NCBI GenBank assembly: GCA_965649825.1
Contig: OZ287695.1
Span: forward strand, 2,159,288-2,223,287
Length of the DNA stretch: 64,000 bases
Reading direction: 5' to 3'
DNA from: Penicillus capitatus
Lineage: Eukaryota; Plantae; Chlorophyta
The notes under the pieces are model-generated. The model was not told the DNA's origin. It searched no databases and saw only the letters and a list, made by a program, of their open reading frames with translations. The stretch's first letter is position 1; each line of letters begins with the position of its first letter. Position numbers and translations under genes: made by a program. This document shows, in pieces, positions 46,905-59,575 of this stretch.

Positions 46905-49900
46905 ATGGAAGAAAAATCCTCACAAGAGCTGTCTCATAAACTTAGCGAATCTTTCACATCCGCATCTGCTGACAATATCACGTACCTGAATCGTCTCTCC
47001 CTTTCCACTAGTGCTCTACGGTGCATTTCAGGTCGGAAGTTATGAGCGACGGGAAGACCACATCTGTCGAAGGGAATAATGTTCATGATGTCCAGCGATC
47101 CTCTGATGATTATGATCCTTTGGGAGTTCGGGGTGCAAATGAAGTCCAACGTTTAAAAGATCAAGTGTTACAGTGCACGCAAGAACTGGTAGCTTCGCAA
47201 CACCATGCAGCAGAACTGGAGAAGGAACTGTCTGCATCGAGAGACTTGGCCAGTCAACTTCAAGAATCTCGAGATGCTGCCGAAGATTTAGAAATGCAAC
47301 TGCAATCGGTTAAAGATGAGTTTCAGCGTTTTAGGAAAGAGTCCGAGTCAAACCTTCGAGAAGCTGAAGAGAAGGTTGCTTTTTTAACTCAACAACTGCA
47401 GCACCAGACAAAATCTGAGAGGCACAGTCATTCAAGATCACTATCGGAGCACCTGTCCGACCAGACAGTGGTGCCTCGACTGTCTCACGGGAATTCGTTG
47501 GAATGCGAAGCACAATTCGCAGAAATTGATGGCAGTATTGTTGGTTCTGATGCTGCACCGGGCGAAATGGATGACAATCATGCAAAGATTCGCCAGTTGA
47601 TTCAGTCTCTTAGGGTGATGGGAGCAAAGCATCAGGATCTTCAGAGACGCCTTGCCGAGGCACAAGACGAAAGAGACTACTTGAAGTCTGTCATGGAAGA
47701 TCTGCAGAAACAGGTGGATGCCTCGTCACCTGAAGTCTCGGCTCAGTTGAGGACGACACTGCAAGGAATGGAGATGGAGATTGCACGATTGGAAGAAGAG
47801 AATGATGTACTGAGGAGCAAGATCTGTGACCAACATCAAATGGATATGGATGAGATGCATGCATCGGAGGAGACTTTGTTTACAAAAGAGAGCTTGGCGT
47901 TTGATGTCCTGAACCACAAGATTGTGGAAGAGGGTGCCTCAGACGTCAGTGAGGAATTGGTGGACTATTCGTTGGAGATCATGGGTGAAATGGCGAATGC
48001 TGCAGCAGACTTGGAAGTTGGCATCTCGATGAGCTATGTCCAGTATGCTGGTCTATTGGCAGCGATTCAGAAAGCGATCAAGCAACTCGAGACTTCAAAA
48101 GACTCGTTTTCAGAATCCACTGCCTCATTCAGATTCCTTGACAAGACCCTGAGCAAAACACTGTCTATCTCTCGCTTCCGTGTTCGGCCGCCAGTTGGAG
48201 AAGGGGAAAAACGGCTGGACTCTTTGCTGGTTATGATTAAGGAGAAAGAGAGTGGGTTGAAGTTCATGGAGCAGATGATTACGGATCTGAGAGTTGAAAT
48301 GAAGGGGCATCAATCGATATCACTACAACAAGAGGTGCAGTTGGAATATCTCAAGCAACAGCTGTCGAGTTCGGACAAGGTTATCAGTTTGACGTGGGAA
48401 ATGGAAAACTTGAAGAAATCCTTGGAAGAGAGTCAGAGAGAGCTGAAAGCGCAACGAGATCTCAATGATCAACAGCAGCAAGAGCTCACAATACAGTGGC
48501 AATCGAAACAGCAGGCAGTGGCAGAGACGCTCTCACAGAATCACCGTGTCTTCTCTTTCTCTCAGCAACTCGAACATGTGGTTGAGGCAAATGAAGCATT
48601 GGAATCTGAGAAGCTGGAATTGGAAGAGGCTCTGGAACAGGCACGTGTTGAGGCTGAGGAGATCAGAGAAGAGCGAGATCTCAAGATCCAAGAACTCCAT
48701 CAAACAATGACATCCGTGAGAGCCGAGGGAAGAAACCGGGGCAAAGGGAGCAACGTGCTGACGGTGATAGACTGCCAAGATATCATGGCATCGTTGAGCA
48801 GCTTGCTCACATTGATTGAAGACACCAAGAAGATCTCAGATACGGATATTGTTGCTTCAAAGTCATCACTGCAGAAACTGGTTTTGAGTCTCAACGTGCA
48901 ATGTACCGATTGGAAGGCATCATTTTTGACACAAGATGCAGAATCCGTTGAGCTGAAGAAACAAGTGACGGAACTCACCGAGAAACTATCACTGTCAGAA
49001 GCAAGGCGCATGCGAGCTGAACAGGAGAAGAAAGGAGTTCAGGAAATTCTTTCTCTGACATCGGAGACGACCAGCACAGAGATCCTAAAGTTGCAGACAC
49101 AGCTTTCAGAAGTGACTGGAAGATTCGAAAAGGAGCAGAAGAGAGCAGAGCAAGCCTCTTCCTCTGCAGAGAAGCAGCTTTCGGATCTGACCACCCAGTT
49201 GAAACGGACAGCGGCATCTTTAGAGATTTTGAAGAAAGAATCAACGGAAGAGATTCGGTCACTCAAAGAGAAGTTGAACACTGCCAATAAGGTGCATCGA
49301 AAACTAGGACTGCTGTGGAGAAACTGTGGCTTGCAGGAGAATGTAAATCTGGAAACACGCATGCAAAGTTATAAAGATGTGATCTCTGGACTCAATCGAG
49401 ATCTATCGTCAACGGACGGAAAGCTAAAGGATCTAAATAAGGTTGTGGAGCAGAACACCAGTGCTTATAGAGTGGAGAAGGAACGGGTAGAGGAATTGGA
49501 ACAAGCACTCCATCGCTGCAAACAGGAGCTAGAGGAACGGACCGAGGAAAGATCTGAGCTTCAAGAACGGTGTCTGCAGTTGGAATCCCTCAAGGAGTCT
49601 TTGGATGTGTTGTCCACTGAAAAATTTCAAATCGCAGAGCAATTCACCGAGATACAAACATCTCATGAAGAGCTTCGCAATAAACATGACATGAATCTTG
49701 AGCATCTTGAAGCCATGAAGACCGAACAAGAAAGATGGCGTCAGGAACGACGACGATTCGAAGAGCAATTGCTGGAAGAACAGCAAAACCTCATCGACGC
49801 CCGAACAAAATGGGAAGCAGAGATCACAGCCATCGCTGAGACAGACGTCGCACGCAACCGATGGCCACCTGCTGTTCTTGCCATTGTTCAGAAATGGTTT

Positions 49901-50929
49901 CCTTATGCTCTGTTCTGTTTTCCTTCTCAAACATTGATTTTCTGTTCAGCGAGGAATTTTTATTGGATGCAGCAACAAAAGAGAATGAGTCGAAAGTTGA
50001 AGAAATGCAGTTGTTGCTAGAAGAGAGTGAAGCACGTGCTAAAACGGTGGAGGCTTCCCGTGACGAAGAGCTTGTGGAGTGCGCAGAAGAGATCCGTTCG
50101 CTGCAGGACACCATCGAGAAACTCCAGCAAGAAATGAAGGAGAGAGAGTCGGCTTTGCAACAGGACATTGCAGATGTTCGTGGTCGGAGAGAAAAAGAAA
50201 CGACAGAGTTAGAAGAGCAGCTGACAAATACTCGTGCTTTATACTCCACCTTGCAAGAAGATGCCGAACAAACGGAGCATAAATTGAAAGAGCTGTTGGA
50301 TCAGAAGGACTTCCAGGTGTTGTCTGCTGACATCTTTATTTAAAGGTGACGGGTTTTTGGCCTTTTAGTTAAGCGAGACACAGTCTAAGGCACGAGAGAT
50401 GATGAAAGAGAAGGATGAAGAAATTGAGATGCTGAAGCAGAATCAAATGCAGCGGCATCTTTCACCAGACGACATTTCTGAAGATGATCCATCAAAAGCA
50501 GTTGTCGAGAAACTGCAGTCCGACGTCCAGTTTTTGCGTCATCTAGTAAGCCTTGACTCTCTTCTATGCTTTGCTCATTGAATGCTGCAGGTCTTGGATT
50601 TGACATCCAGTCTCGAACAAAGCGAACGTACACACGAACTGCGAGATCAAGCAGATCAAGTGATCAAAGATGAACTGTGCTCTTATGAGCGATCCAAGAA
50701 AAGAGAGAGACTGGACTTGGATTACGTAAAGAACGTTCTTGTGAACGCCTTTGAAAAGGGAACACTGCCAAAGACGAGTCCAATGTTCATGGTCTTGGCA
50801 CGGCTGTTCGAATTCAGCCCTGAAGAAATGGAGAGAATAAGAAGAGCAGAGAAAACGCATACACCATCAAATTCATCGTCATCCTTCAAATCGACTGGAT
50901 CGATTTTCTCTGCATGGACACGCTCGTGA
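46905..50929 (+). CDS. Long coiled-coil golgin with a C-terminal GRIP-like domain
   Basis: A 999-aa E/Q/K/L-rich heptad ORF plus downstream exons, ending LDLDYVKNVLVNAF..VLARLFEFSPEEMERI (GRIP consensus). Confidence 0.88.
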
Positions 50930-51254
50930 TGCAAGTTCAGAAGAGACATGGAATCACTCACTGTATATGTATTGCACAGTTCATGATATGTTGCACAATT
51001 TTAGATATGTAAGACGGAGGGACGCTGAAACTCAGTCCCAAGATTGTTATCTCGACAGGGACAACAACAATCGACACCTTACATGAAAGTAGTCAGATTG
51101 ACGAACAGGGACACACAGGGGTCATGTCAGATACAGTGCCGGATCCATGTACAAGTTCTTCACTTCGAGGTTAGTAAAAGCTGATGAACAGAGCACAGAC
51201 CAGATCTTTGACACAGTGTTATTCATTGAAGGATGATAATTGATAGACTAAACA

Positions 51255-51964
51255 CCAGTATGGTCTAATAGAGTGGCAGAAACAGTCTTTGTGCAAAGCT
51301 ATCGACATTATCGGGAAATCCCGTAATCAGTCTTTTGCGTCGATGAAAAATGGCACTGAGAGCAGTGTACTTGCTCTCAGGAAAATGTAAAGCTTGCAAC
51401 AGGGCCTTCGCGAGGTTTCGGCTTAATTGCTCATTCAATACCGACCGCTGGTTCAAACGATCTGTGGTCTGCATGTAATAAAACTCAGAGCATTAAAAAA
51501 GAAGAGAACTTAACTGCATGTCTCTCAGTTGTCACATACGGAAGAAGCCTCAGTTGGTCTTTGTGTCAATAAACCATTGAGCGTCACGCTGAGAGGCATA
51601 CAGCTGATAGCCAAAAAGTCAGACACGCATATTGCACATCTTTCGCTTGCGTTCTGCGATGCTTGGTCGTTATCTTGCGAGATCGGGCAGACTTGTGTGT
51701 TACGTCCTACGTGGTGCTTAGAGGAGTCATCGCCAAGGAGTTCCGTCTTGAAGTTTAGTGGAGATGGAACTCGACGGTTCATGTCGCTGTCCGCATGGGG
51801 TTGCAATTACGTTTCGCAAATCAGCGTTCGCGTTTCACAAAGCAGCGTTATGGAAAGCCACGCGTTCCAGTCAGAACGTCCGTCGGCCGAAGGAGGTTCG
51901 TCCTGCTACGTTGAACTTCCCTCGGCCTTTGCGACGTTCTACCAAACCGTCGGATACTTTCCTG
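51255..51964 (-). repeat. Dispersed repeat, copy 2 (inverted relative to copy 1)
   Basis: Reverse complement of 30238-30899. The ORF track shows near-identical translations (30443+ versus 51525-, and 30403- versus 51529+). Confidence 0.95.
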
Positions 51965-52398
51965 TTGGCGCTCGACCGAATGCCAGTACTCACCTGGAAA
52001 CGTATTCTGATCATTCCAAGCCTCTAAGTCCAGTGCTCGAGACTCTGTTCTTTTAAAACTTGTGTTCTGTAGGCATCGAGCGTGCGAGTGACAAGTACAA
52101 GCCTACCTTACAGAATGCAATCGAAACGTACCGACAATGTGCATCGGAGAAGAGATATTCTAAGAGAGCTCGGGTGCATTTTGAAAAGGACGCGAAAGAC
52201 AAGGAAATGTCATGGAAGGACTGCGTCTCCGCAATTGAGAGTGCATTCGCTGTGCTGCTAGGCCACATTCCGGCAGCAGCGTCGCAGAAGGACATCCAGG
52301 ACCATGAGAAAGAAGCAGTCGCGGAAAAGCTGGCCATCTACATTTCATCTCTGGAGACGATGATACAAGAGTTTACTAAGAAAAAGGATAGTCGTTAA
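51850..52398 (+). CDS. Small two-exon orphan protein whose first exon lies in the repeat edge
   Basis: MESHAFQSERPSAEGGSSCYVELPSAFATFYQTVGYFP..SKPL|gtccag..ctgtag|SIERASDKYKPTLQNAIETYRQC..EKLAIYISSLETMIQEF. The phase-1 splice is consistent and the second exon is helical. Confidence 0.5.
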
Positions 52399-52759
52399 AC
52401 GCTAGTGACGATTCGAGAAGTGATCTTTTGCTATCGGATAATCTCGCAGACCATCGAGCGTGGCTCTTTCTTTGGCACAATATTAAGGTTCATTTTACAG
52501 CCACGTTACCATGCATGTCCTGTCTGTCTCGCGTTGGACTTCAATTGGCTGTCTGTTGGTGTGACATTTTTTGGCATTTACTACAGATGAATGGGCGGCG
52601 TACTGCATGTTTGATGGTTCGGTTGGAAAGCTCGATTTCCGAAACAGTTTTCTTTGATCTGCTGAAGCAAAGGTGTTTGGCGCATCGGTAAGGGATTCCG
52701 TTTTGAGTGAGACTCTCTAAGTGGGTAGTCTTCGTGACCGGTATGTGAGATCTCGTCAT

Positions 52760-53870
52760 AAACTCGAACATCAAAGGTACACTGCTATTGTTCTCTGACG
52801 AGCTCTATCGAAGGCACAGCATGGAGACAGTCTGATGCCAGTCGATTTCATTCCGATGCGGTGCGAGAAAGAAACACGTGACATAGACGAAGAAATGTCA
52901 TCTTAAGATACGCCTGCCGTGTTTCCTGCCCTACTAGGACAAACATTGTCAAGAGAATTGAGCACATTCATGTATTCAAACTCGCCATCCATCTCATAAA
53001 ACACCATTGGGTCTTTTCTTGCGATGGAGGAGCAATTAATATGGCCAGTGCTTAAATCTCGAGCCAAGATGGCCCCTCCGGCAATCCCTGCTGTGTTATC
53101 TTTAAAATCAGTTCCAGCCAATGACACAAATGTACAGTTTCCATAGGGAACTGTACAGTTTGTGATTTTACCTTTGCCCGTGACATGAAGTCCGCCGCCG
53201 ATCTCTGCTGGGTTGTTGTAAAAGTACAGCCTTCAAACTGAAAGGCCAAAGATCGAGTACTGTCTGAAGAGAGCACAGCAGCCCATCATGCATTGTATGC
53301 CGTGTTGGTCTCAAAGGTGCGTGCATTCATAGCGAAGACCAGAGGATGCATGTGCAGCATGGAGACCACCATCATCACCTGCTTGACAACCAGCAACATG
53401 TAATTCTCTGGCCAGGAGACTGGACTGAATAAGAATAATAGCACCAGATACCAATCTCGCCTGTGCGTTGAAGATTGAGAAATTCTGCATAATAAGACTG
53501 CTGCGAGATGTTCCCCACACAGAACCAGCGAATCGAGTAGCTCAGGCTGAGAATGATGAGGAATCAATGGCCCAGAAGTCTGGCTTTTTGCACCTGTATG
53601 TCTCCATGAATCACAGCTTCGTTTCCTCGCATGTCAGTCAACATTGGAGATTGTCAGACTGGAATTGTCAGCAGCAGAAAAAGCTCCACGGAATGACGAT
53701 GCGCTCGGATAGCTGAATACTTCGGGTTGCGTTGAACAGCATCACATCGCCTGACTCTGTACAGTTGATGGTGATCTGAAGGTTCTTTAGCTAACAAGCG
53801 GCATCATCCACGATCCATGTTCGCGTAGCGGCATCCATGTGTTGACGCGCTTTGGCCTCTGCTCCAGTAA
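52760..53870 (-). pseudogene. Decayed polymorphic-membrane-protein (FxxN/GGAI beta-helix repeat) surface-protein fragment
   Basis: RTFETNTAYNA*WAAV, FEGCTFT then a frameshift to NNPAEIGGGLHV, FKDNTAGIAGGAILARD and AGNTAGVS*DD: repeated FxxNxA..GGA motifs broken by stops and frameshifts. Confidence 0.65.
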
Positions 53871-54846
53871 ACAAACATAGTCTGCGGCAAGACGGGCATC
53901 TTCGTCACCTTCGTAATGAGGCGGCCATTATCTGATGATGTTTGTCGAAGTCGTGCTTTAGAAGACTCTTGCAGCACATCCCGACGGCGTGGCTCCTATA
54001 TCCGCACCGAATAGTCACGCCAAACAACGGCAACCACTGTTACCCGCGAACTTCGAGTTTGCTGCACGCGATGGAAGTATCCTGATTTGTCTCTGTCTAT
54101 GGATCCTAGGTATACCGGACGTTCGAATTGGCGCTCCGATGAACGTTGGAGATTGAAAATTGGTTGCGATATGTAGCTACATTTAAATCCGTCATGGTAT
54201 TGCCAATGTACCTCTTCGTCGATTGTTAACATTCAATGGCGTGCCCAAAGTGAAGCACAGGATGCTAAGAAAGAGAAGAAACTCCGAAGCATGTTCAAGA
54301 GATTTTATCCCGAGACGTTTCCTTTGAAACAGATAGTCGATACGAGTAGATGCACGATCCTTGTTCGTGTCAGCAACACGAGGAATATCGTCTGCTCTGA
54401 ACGTCAGTTATCTACGACTGGTACATGAGACAGATGTTATAGATTACATCACCAAGAGCAAAGAACACGAGCCGTCCAAGGTACGGCTTGCTCCATAAAC
54501 AGCGGTTTACAGAATCTCTGATACGTGCTGGTACCGAAGAGCGCAAGAAGTGCAGAATGTTTTCTGAATTCAAGGACACGTTGCCCGTGTCTGTAAAGCG
54601 TGTTGCAATGCTGTTGTGGGGATCAGGTATCCTTACGCCGAGTTGCGTAAACGGGCGTTCTCTCAGTTTCCAATACGATTACGTAATCATGTGTTACGGG
54701 CCCGAGACCTCGATAAATGCTTCAGCGACTTACCTGATCGCAGTGGAGGTTACTTTTTAACAGACTTTCGTGAAGACGCGCCCATATTGCCTCGAGCGAA
54801 TCTGCTTTGACCGGAACGCACCTCGTCTCGCTTTCTTGGCCGAATC

Positions 54847-57186
54847 ATGGCAATGACGAGCAAGAGGTCGTCCATGCGCCAAGACGGTGTCCGCGGACTC
54901 TCGCAAAGCGGAATGCCCATTACCTTCAGGGTACCTGCTTTGAATTGCGACTTGGCACACGAAAGAGCATTCTGTAACCTCCTTGCAGGATCTCTCCTAC
55001 TCTGTTCCCTCGAACAAGGACGGAAAGGAAATCTACTTGCTGAGACAACTCCATGGATACTTCAAACCAGCCGAGATGTCAGCACTGGTATGTTTGCCTG
55101 TCTGTACTCTAAGATGACAGAGAGCGAGTCGCTGTCATTTGTTTGTGCGTAGATGGGACCAAGTGGATCAGGAAAGACGACCTTGTTGGATGTTCTTGCT
55201 GGAAGAAAGACACAGGGCACCATCAGTGGAGAGATCGCCTTCTCTAATCATCCTCCCACAAGAATGTTTCTGAGACGCTATACTGGTTATGTGGAACAGT
55301 TCGATACACTTTTGGGCATGCTGACAGTGAAGGAAATGTTGATGTACACGGCAGAACTGAAGGTGCACATGACGACACATCTCTGCATTGCCTGCCTCTT
55401 ATTATTCACCTTGCGATCAGAGACCTGTGTGGGAATCCCTCGAAAGCAAGGAGATCGAAGTAGACAGATTGATTGAAAAGCTGGCGCTGGAGCCATGCAA
55501 GTCAACACGGATTGGTGATTCCTTGAACAGAGGCATTTCTGGCGGACAAGTATTGCATTTTTGTATGAGATAATGTCAAAAACTGTGAGAGTTGTGCTAG
55601 GCCAAGAGAGTGAACATTGGGATTGCTCTCATCTCTGATCCGAGAGTGTTGTTCTTGGACGAGCCGACGTCTGGATTAGATTCCTATACGGCTAACGAAG
55701 TGATGACAGTTGTAAAGGGTCTGGTGGCAGATGGCACTACGATCTGTGCCACGATCCATTCACCATCACCTCTGGCTTTTGCTTTGTTCGATCGTGTCAT
55801 TCTATTGCTGAGAGGGAATCTTGTCTTCTTCGGAAAGCGAGGTCTGAGCCACTCTATGTCTCTATTTATAAATCACATGGGCTGTGTGCAGAGGAGGCTG
55901 TTCCTTATTTTGAGGCGCTGTCGACGGAAAGCTCATCCGAGTCCTACAACGAAGCCGAATGGCTCACAGATGTGGTTGTGAAAGCAGACCGGGACCAACG
56001 TGCTGTTGAATTTGCTGAACAATTCTCCAATTCCGAACTAAGCATAGTAACCATCCTACAGAGTCGACAAATCTTTGCCAGCGCTCCAATGCTCAGATGT
56101 TGGGTAAAGACTTAAGGAGATTGACTGAAGATACGATCAAAGTGTCGAAGGAAACCATGGATCAGCTTCTCGTGAAGAGAGAGACCGTTACGCCCTTCTG
56201 GTGGGCCATCCGCGTCTTCCTTAAAGTAAAATCTTATTGAGTGCAGCAGTTGATGTGATCATCTTTTCCTGTGGCTTTCAGTATCGCTCTAAGAAGAATT
56301 TCATCGATCCAGCGTACTTGGGCCCCAGAGTCGGCGACAAGCTCGTCTTCTCTTTTCTAATCGCGACGCTTTATTGGGACATCGGCGACGATTTCACTGC
56401 CGAAAATCATTACAATATCGCATCCTTGCTGTTCATGTGGTGCACTCTTCCCGCTTTCGGGGCGAGTAGTTATGTACCATCCATCGTCCTAGGTAATGCC
56501 CATTTTCTGTTCCTGCTGGATCTCATCGTGCTCTTGTTCTGCAGACAGAGTGCTGTTTTACCGAGAAAGGAATGATGGATTGTATAGAGTCATTACCTAC
56601 CTGGTGGCGAAGATGATCGACGAGATCGTGGTTTCCTTCGTAGCCAGTTTGATTTTCGGCGCTGTCGTCTACCTGGCGACAAATCTCCAATGCTCCTTCT
56701 TCATCTTCTGGATCATCTACTTCGGAACCCTGTCGAATGGAATCGGTAATCACCCTGTCTAGACAGATGCCTGTCTCTTACGCATTGTGTGCTCGTTGTG
56801 CAGTACTGGCGTATTTCATTGGAGCTCTGTCGCCAAACATGGACGTTGCAAATGCCGCTGTTCCTGCTTACGTTGTGACACTGTTGTTTTTCACAGGATT
56901 GTTTATTCGTTTTCACGAAATCCCTAACTATTGGTACTGGTATTCCAAGATCGATTTTCTGAGATACTCCTGGGGCGCATTGATGGTTAGTCAGTTCGAA
57001 GCCAACAATGGAACATCTAGAACATATCTACCACAACCCGATGGTACATCCATCCCTATTTTGGAGTTTTATGATCTGGATGATAAAGATGAAGCATTCT
57101 ATGTCGGTTGGCTGTTTGCTTTCTATGCTGGATTTTTCCTTGCTGCTTTCCTGGCAATGTCATTCATTAAGCACCAGCGTCGGTAA
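54847..57186 (+). CDS. Half-size ABCG (White-family) transporter, NBD then TMD, multi-exon
   Basis: MGPSGSGKTTLLDVLAGRKT, GYVEQFD, signature NRGISGGQ, Walker B LFLDEPTSGLDS, TIHSP, and TMD FYRERNDGLYR..WYWYSKIDFLRYSWGALMVSQF. Confidence 0.96.
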
Positions 57187-57650
57187 ATGACTTCAACATA
57201 CAAAATGTCTCCCCGTCCTCTCTGAAGACTCTTTGTCAAGTGAAACTGATCTCGACATACCTCATTTGTTCGATTAGAGATGTTTTGGCATGTTCGGCTA
57301 AAGAACCTGTTTTGCGATACTCGGTGACAAAAAATAACTGCTTGGCACTCGATGACATCTGATGGAATGTTAGCATTGTCGATTTGTCCTTTGGTATAAG
57401 CGTCCCCCATTTTTGTCCCTTACGTTGATGACGATTGTGGTATTGTCTGTTGATTTGTTCATTCTCCACATGTAATGCATCATCGGGTTGCTCGATTTTC
57501 TTGTCGTTTCTGTGAATCTGCTAATCTAGTAGAGATGGAATCGAGATGTCCATCTCACCTTTTGTTTTGCTAATAGCATTGGGTCAACTCTGAATGTTAT
57601 CGACAGCTGGGATGCCAGACTACGACAGATAGAACAACAGAGATGTTGAT

Positions 57651-58685
57651 TCAGGGATCCGTCAAGAACACTCGAAGGAAGTCTTCATACGTCAGTTCCC
57701 AGTTCTCCACGTCGAAACCTTTTTCGTTGCGCCACTGCCGATCCAACCTTTTTATTTCGGTCATTGTATAGCCGTACTCGGATGTCAAAATTCTCTAACA
57801 GCATAGACTCCGCGACAAGTGTGTAATGAGGGGCCTCTTCCCTACCTGAACATGTACCCAACGCACGGATGCAGACTTTGTCAAATGGTGTTCGTAAAAG
57901 GACTTCAGGGGAGACATCTCTCTATCCTTCAGTGGTTGCAGACTGAGGACTCTTCGCACCATTCGATCCCAAGCCGAGAGCCATGGAGGCTTGTGTACAA
58001 GATTCTTGTTCAACTCCTCCAACGATGCCCACTGAGGTGGACAATACGGTTTCTCCATATTTGGAGGAAAATCCTTCCAATAGCCGCAGAACTGTAAGCA
58101 TCTTAAACGCTCCTGGATCAGAAGTGAAGAAAGCTCCATTAGATCTAAACATCGACTTACAAGGCGCTTTGCTGTCCACGATCGTGACTCCATCCTTTCA
58201 GATGTGCTCAGACTACGGTCACCGGCATCAGATTTGCCAAGAGCGATAGAACTATCCTCTCCCATATAATCAAACTCTATTGTCGGAGTAGCAGAGCCAG
58301 TCAAAAGAACCGCCCACATATTCGCATTCTCCTGTATCTGGAAGAATTTTGGATTGATATCTGTAGAGGGAAGGCACGAGATACATGCCTGTTTTCTGCT
58401 CCCAGACAGACGAAGGTTCCAAATCCTTGACAATCCATCCGTCTCGTGATCATGGACTGCTTGATTCAGCAGTCTTCTCGCCACCTTTTCATGAGAGGGA
58501 TAGGTGAGATCCAAGAAGAAATGCATGGTCGAATGCTTGAGATCAACGCAGACATCTGGACCGAGTCGCCACATCCAACAGGACTGTTCAAAATAGCACA
58601 GGGCGTAGCCCAATCTCCATCTCTCCTTGACATCCAGGACACGTGGAAACAGCACGACGGCTGCCTCGACACGGTCTGGGCTCGC
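57651..58685 (-). CDS. Unknown protein with an RVEAxxxLFxRVxD...RLG...LDL repeat-type domain and an EF-hand-like C-terminal exon; no clear 5' exon
   Basis: Acceptor catccag| precedes ASPDRVEAAVVLFPRVLDVKE..RLG..FFLDLTYPSHEKVARRLL. Last exon (gtaggg..gttag) reads RILTSEYGYTMTEIKRLD..LTYEDFLRVFLTDP*. Confidence 0.55.
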
Positions 58686-58731
58686 CTGGATGACATCAAA
58701 AGGTCAGTCGAGATGTAAACATTGATCGAAG

Positions 58732-59575
58732 ATGTCGTCTAAATCGGTTTGTTCTGCGACGGCAACCAACAGAACATGGGCACACGCATCGCCGACGTCG
58801 ACGCGCGCATCGCCCACGACACGCGGACGAGTGAACCGACGTGTCGCATCCAGCCACCACTCCACAAGTTTCTTCGGAACGCCGGTGTCGGCAGCATCGA
58901 ACGTACCAACTGCCAGTCCATTCCAGATCAGCACCACCATCGTGGCACGTGAAGTCCAGGTGACGCATAACAAGCCTTCAGTCAGTCTTGTGTCAACAGT
59001 CAACGATCCAGGTCGACGTCGACAAGCCGCTGGGATTGAATTTGGGGCAATCCAAAGCGAGCGGAGGTGGTCTGTTGGTAAAGGGAGCAAAGGGTAATGC
59101 TGCGAGAGCAGGCATCAAACCTGGCGACACCATCATTTACACCTCTTCCTATTTCGGTGATGAGCTGTGGCCTGCTGACAAACTGTCATTCGCTCAGATT
59201 GCTATTCAAAGAGCGCCCTCTCCTGTCACACTCGTCTATATTCGTGGCGAGAATACATCCATTGATGTAAAGCGCCTCGGCAAGAGAGCAGCGCCGCCTA
59301 GGTTTGGTCGGACGCTGACTCCCAAACAGAAAGAGCAAGCAACACACATCTGTGTCGACTGTGGATATATCTATTGTGATCCAACACCATTTGAGAATCT
59401 GGATCCGGATTATCGATGTCCACAATGCCGAGCCCCAAAGAAGCGCTTTGCAAGATATGATCCAGAAACGGGCAAGCAGATCGGTGGCGTCAGTGGAACA
59501 GTGGGCACCATTGCCACCGTGATTGGTGGACTGGTCGGTGTGGGCATTCTGGGATACATTGGCACACAGCTCTAG
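58732..59575 (+). CDS. ENH1: Plastid PDZ-like plus rubredoxin protein with a C-terminal TM anchor (ENH1-like)
   Basis: Ser/Thr-rich transit exon joined to [32 protein letters not shown]; [24 protein letters not shown] (CxxC...CxxC); [16 protein letters not shown]. Confidence 0.92.

Noticed and set aside
30238-51964. The repeat pair as LTRs or TIRs of a 20-kb transposon or endogenous virus
   Set aside because: The copies are inverted, so they are not LTRs. No transposase, integrase, RT or viral core gene lies between them, and the interior is ordinary intron-containing housekeeping genes.
53900-54800. Protein-like fragments upstream of the ABCG gene (for example 54488-54760)
   Set aside because: Possibly decayed coding sequence, but no family could be recognised.
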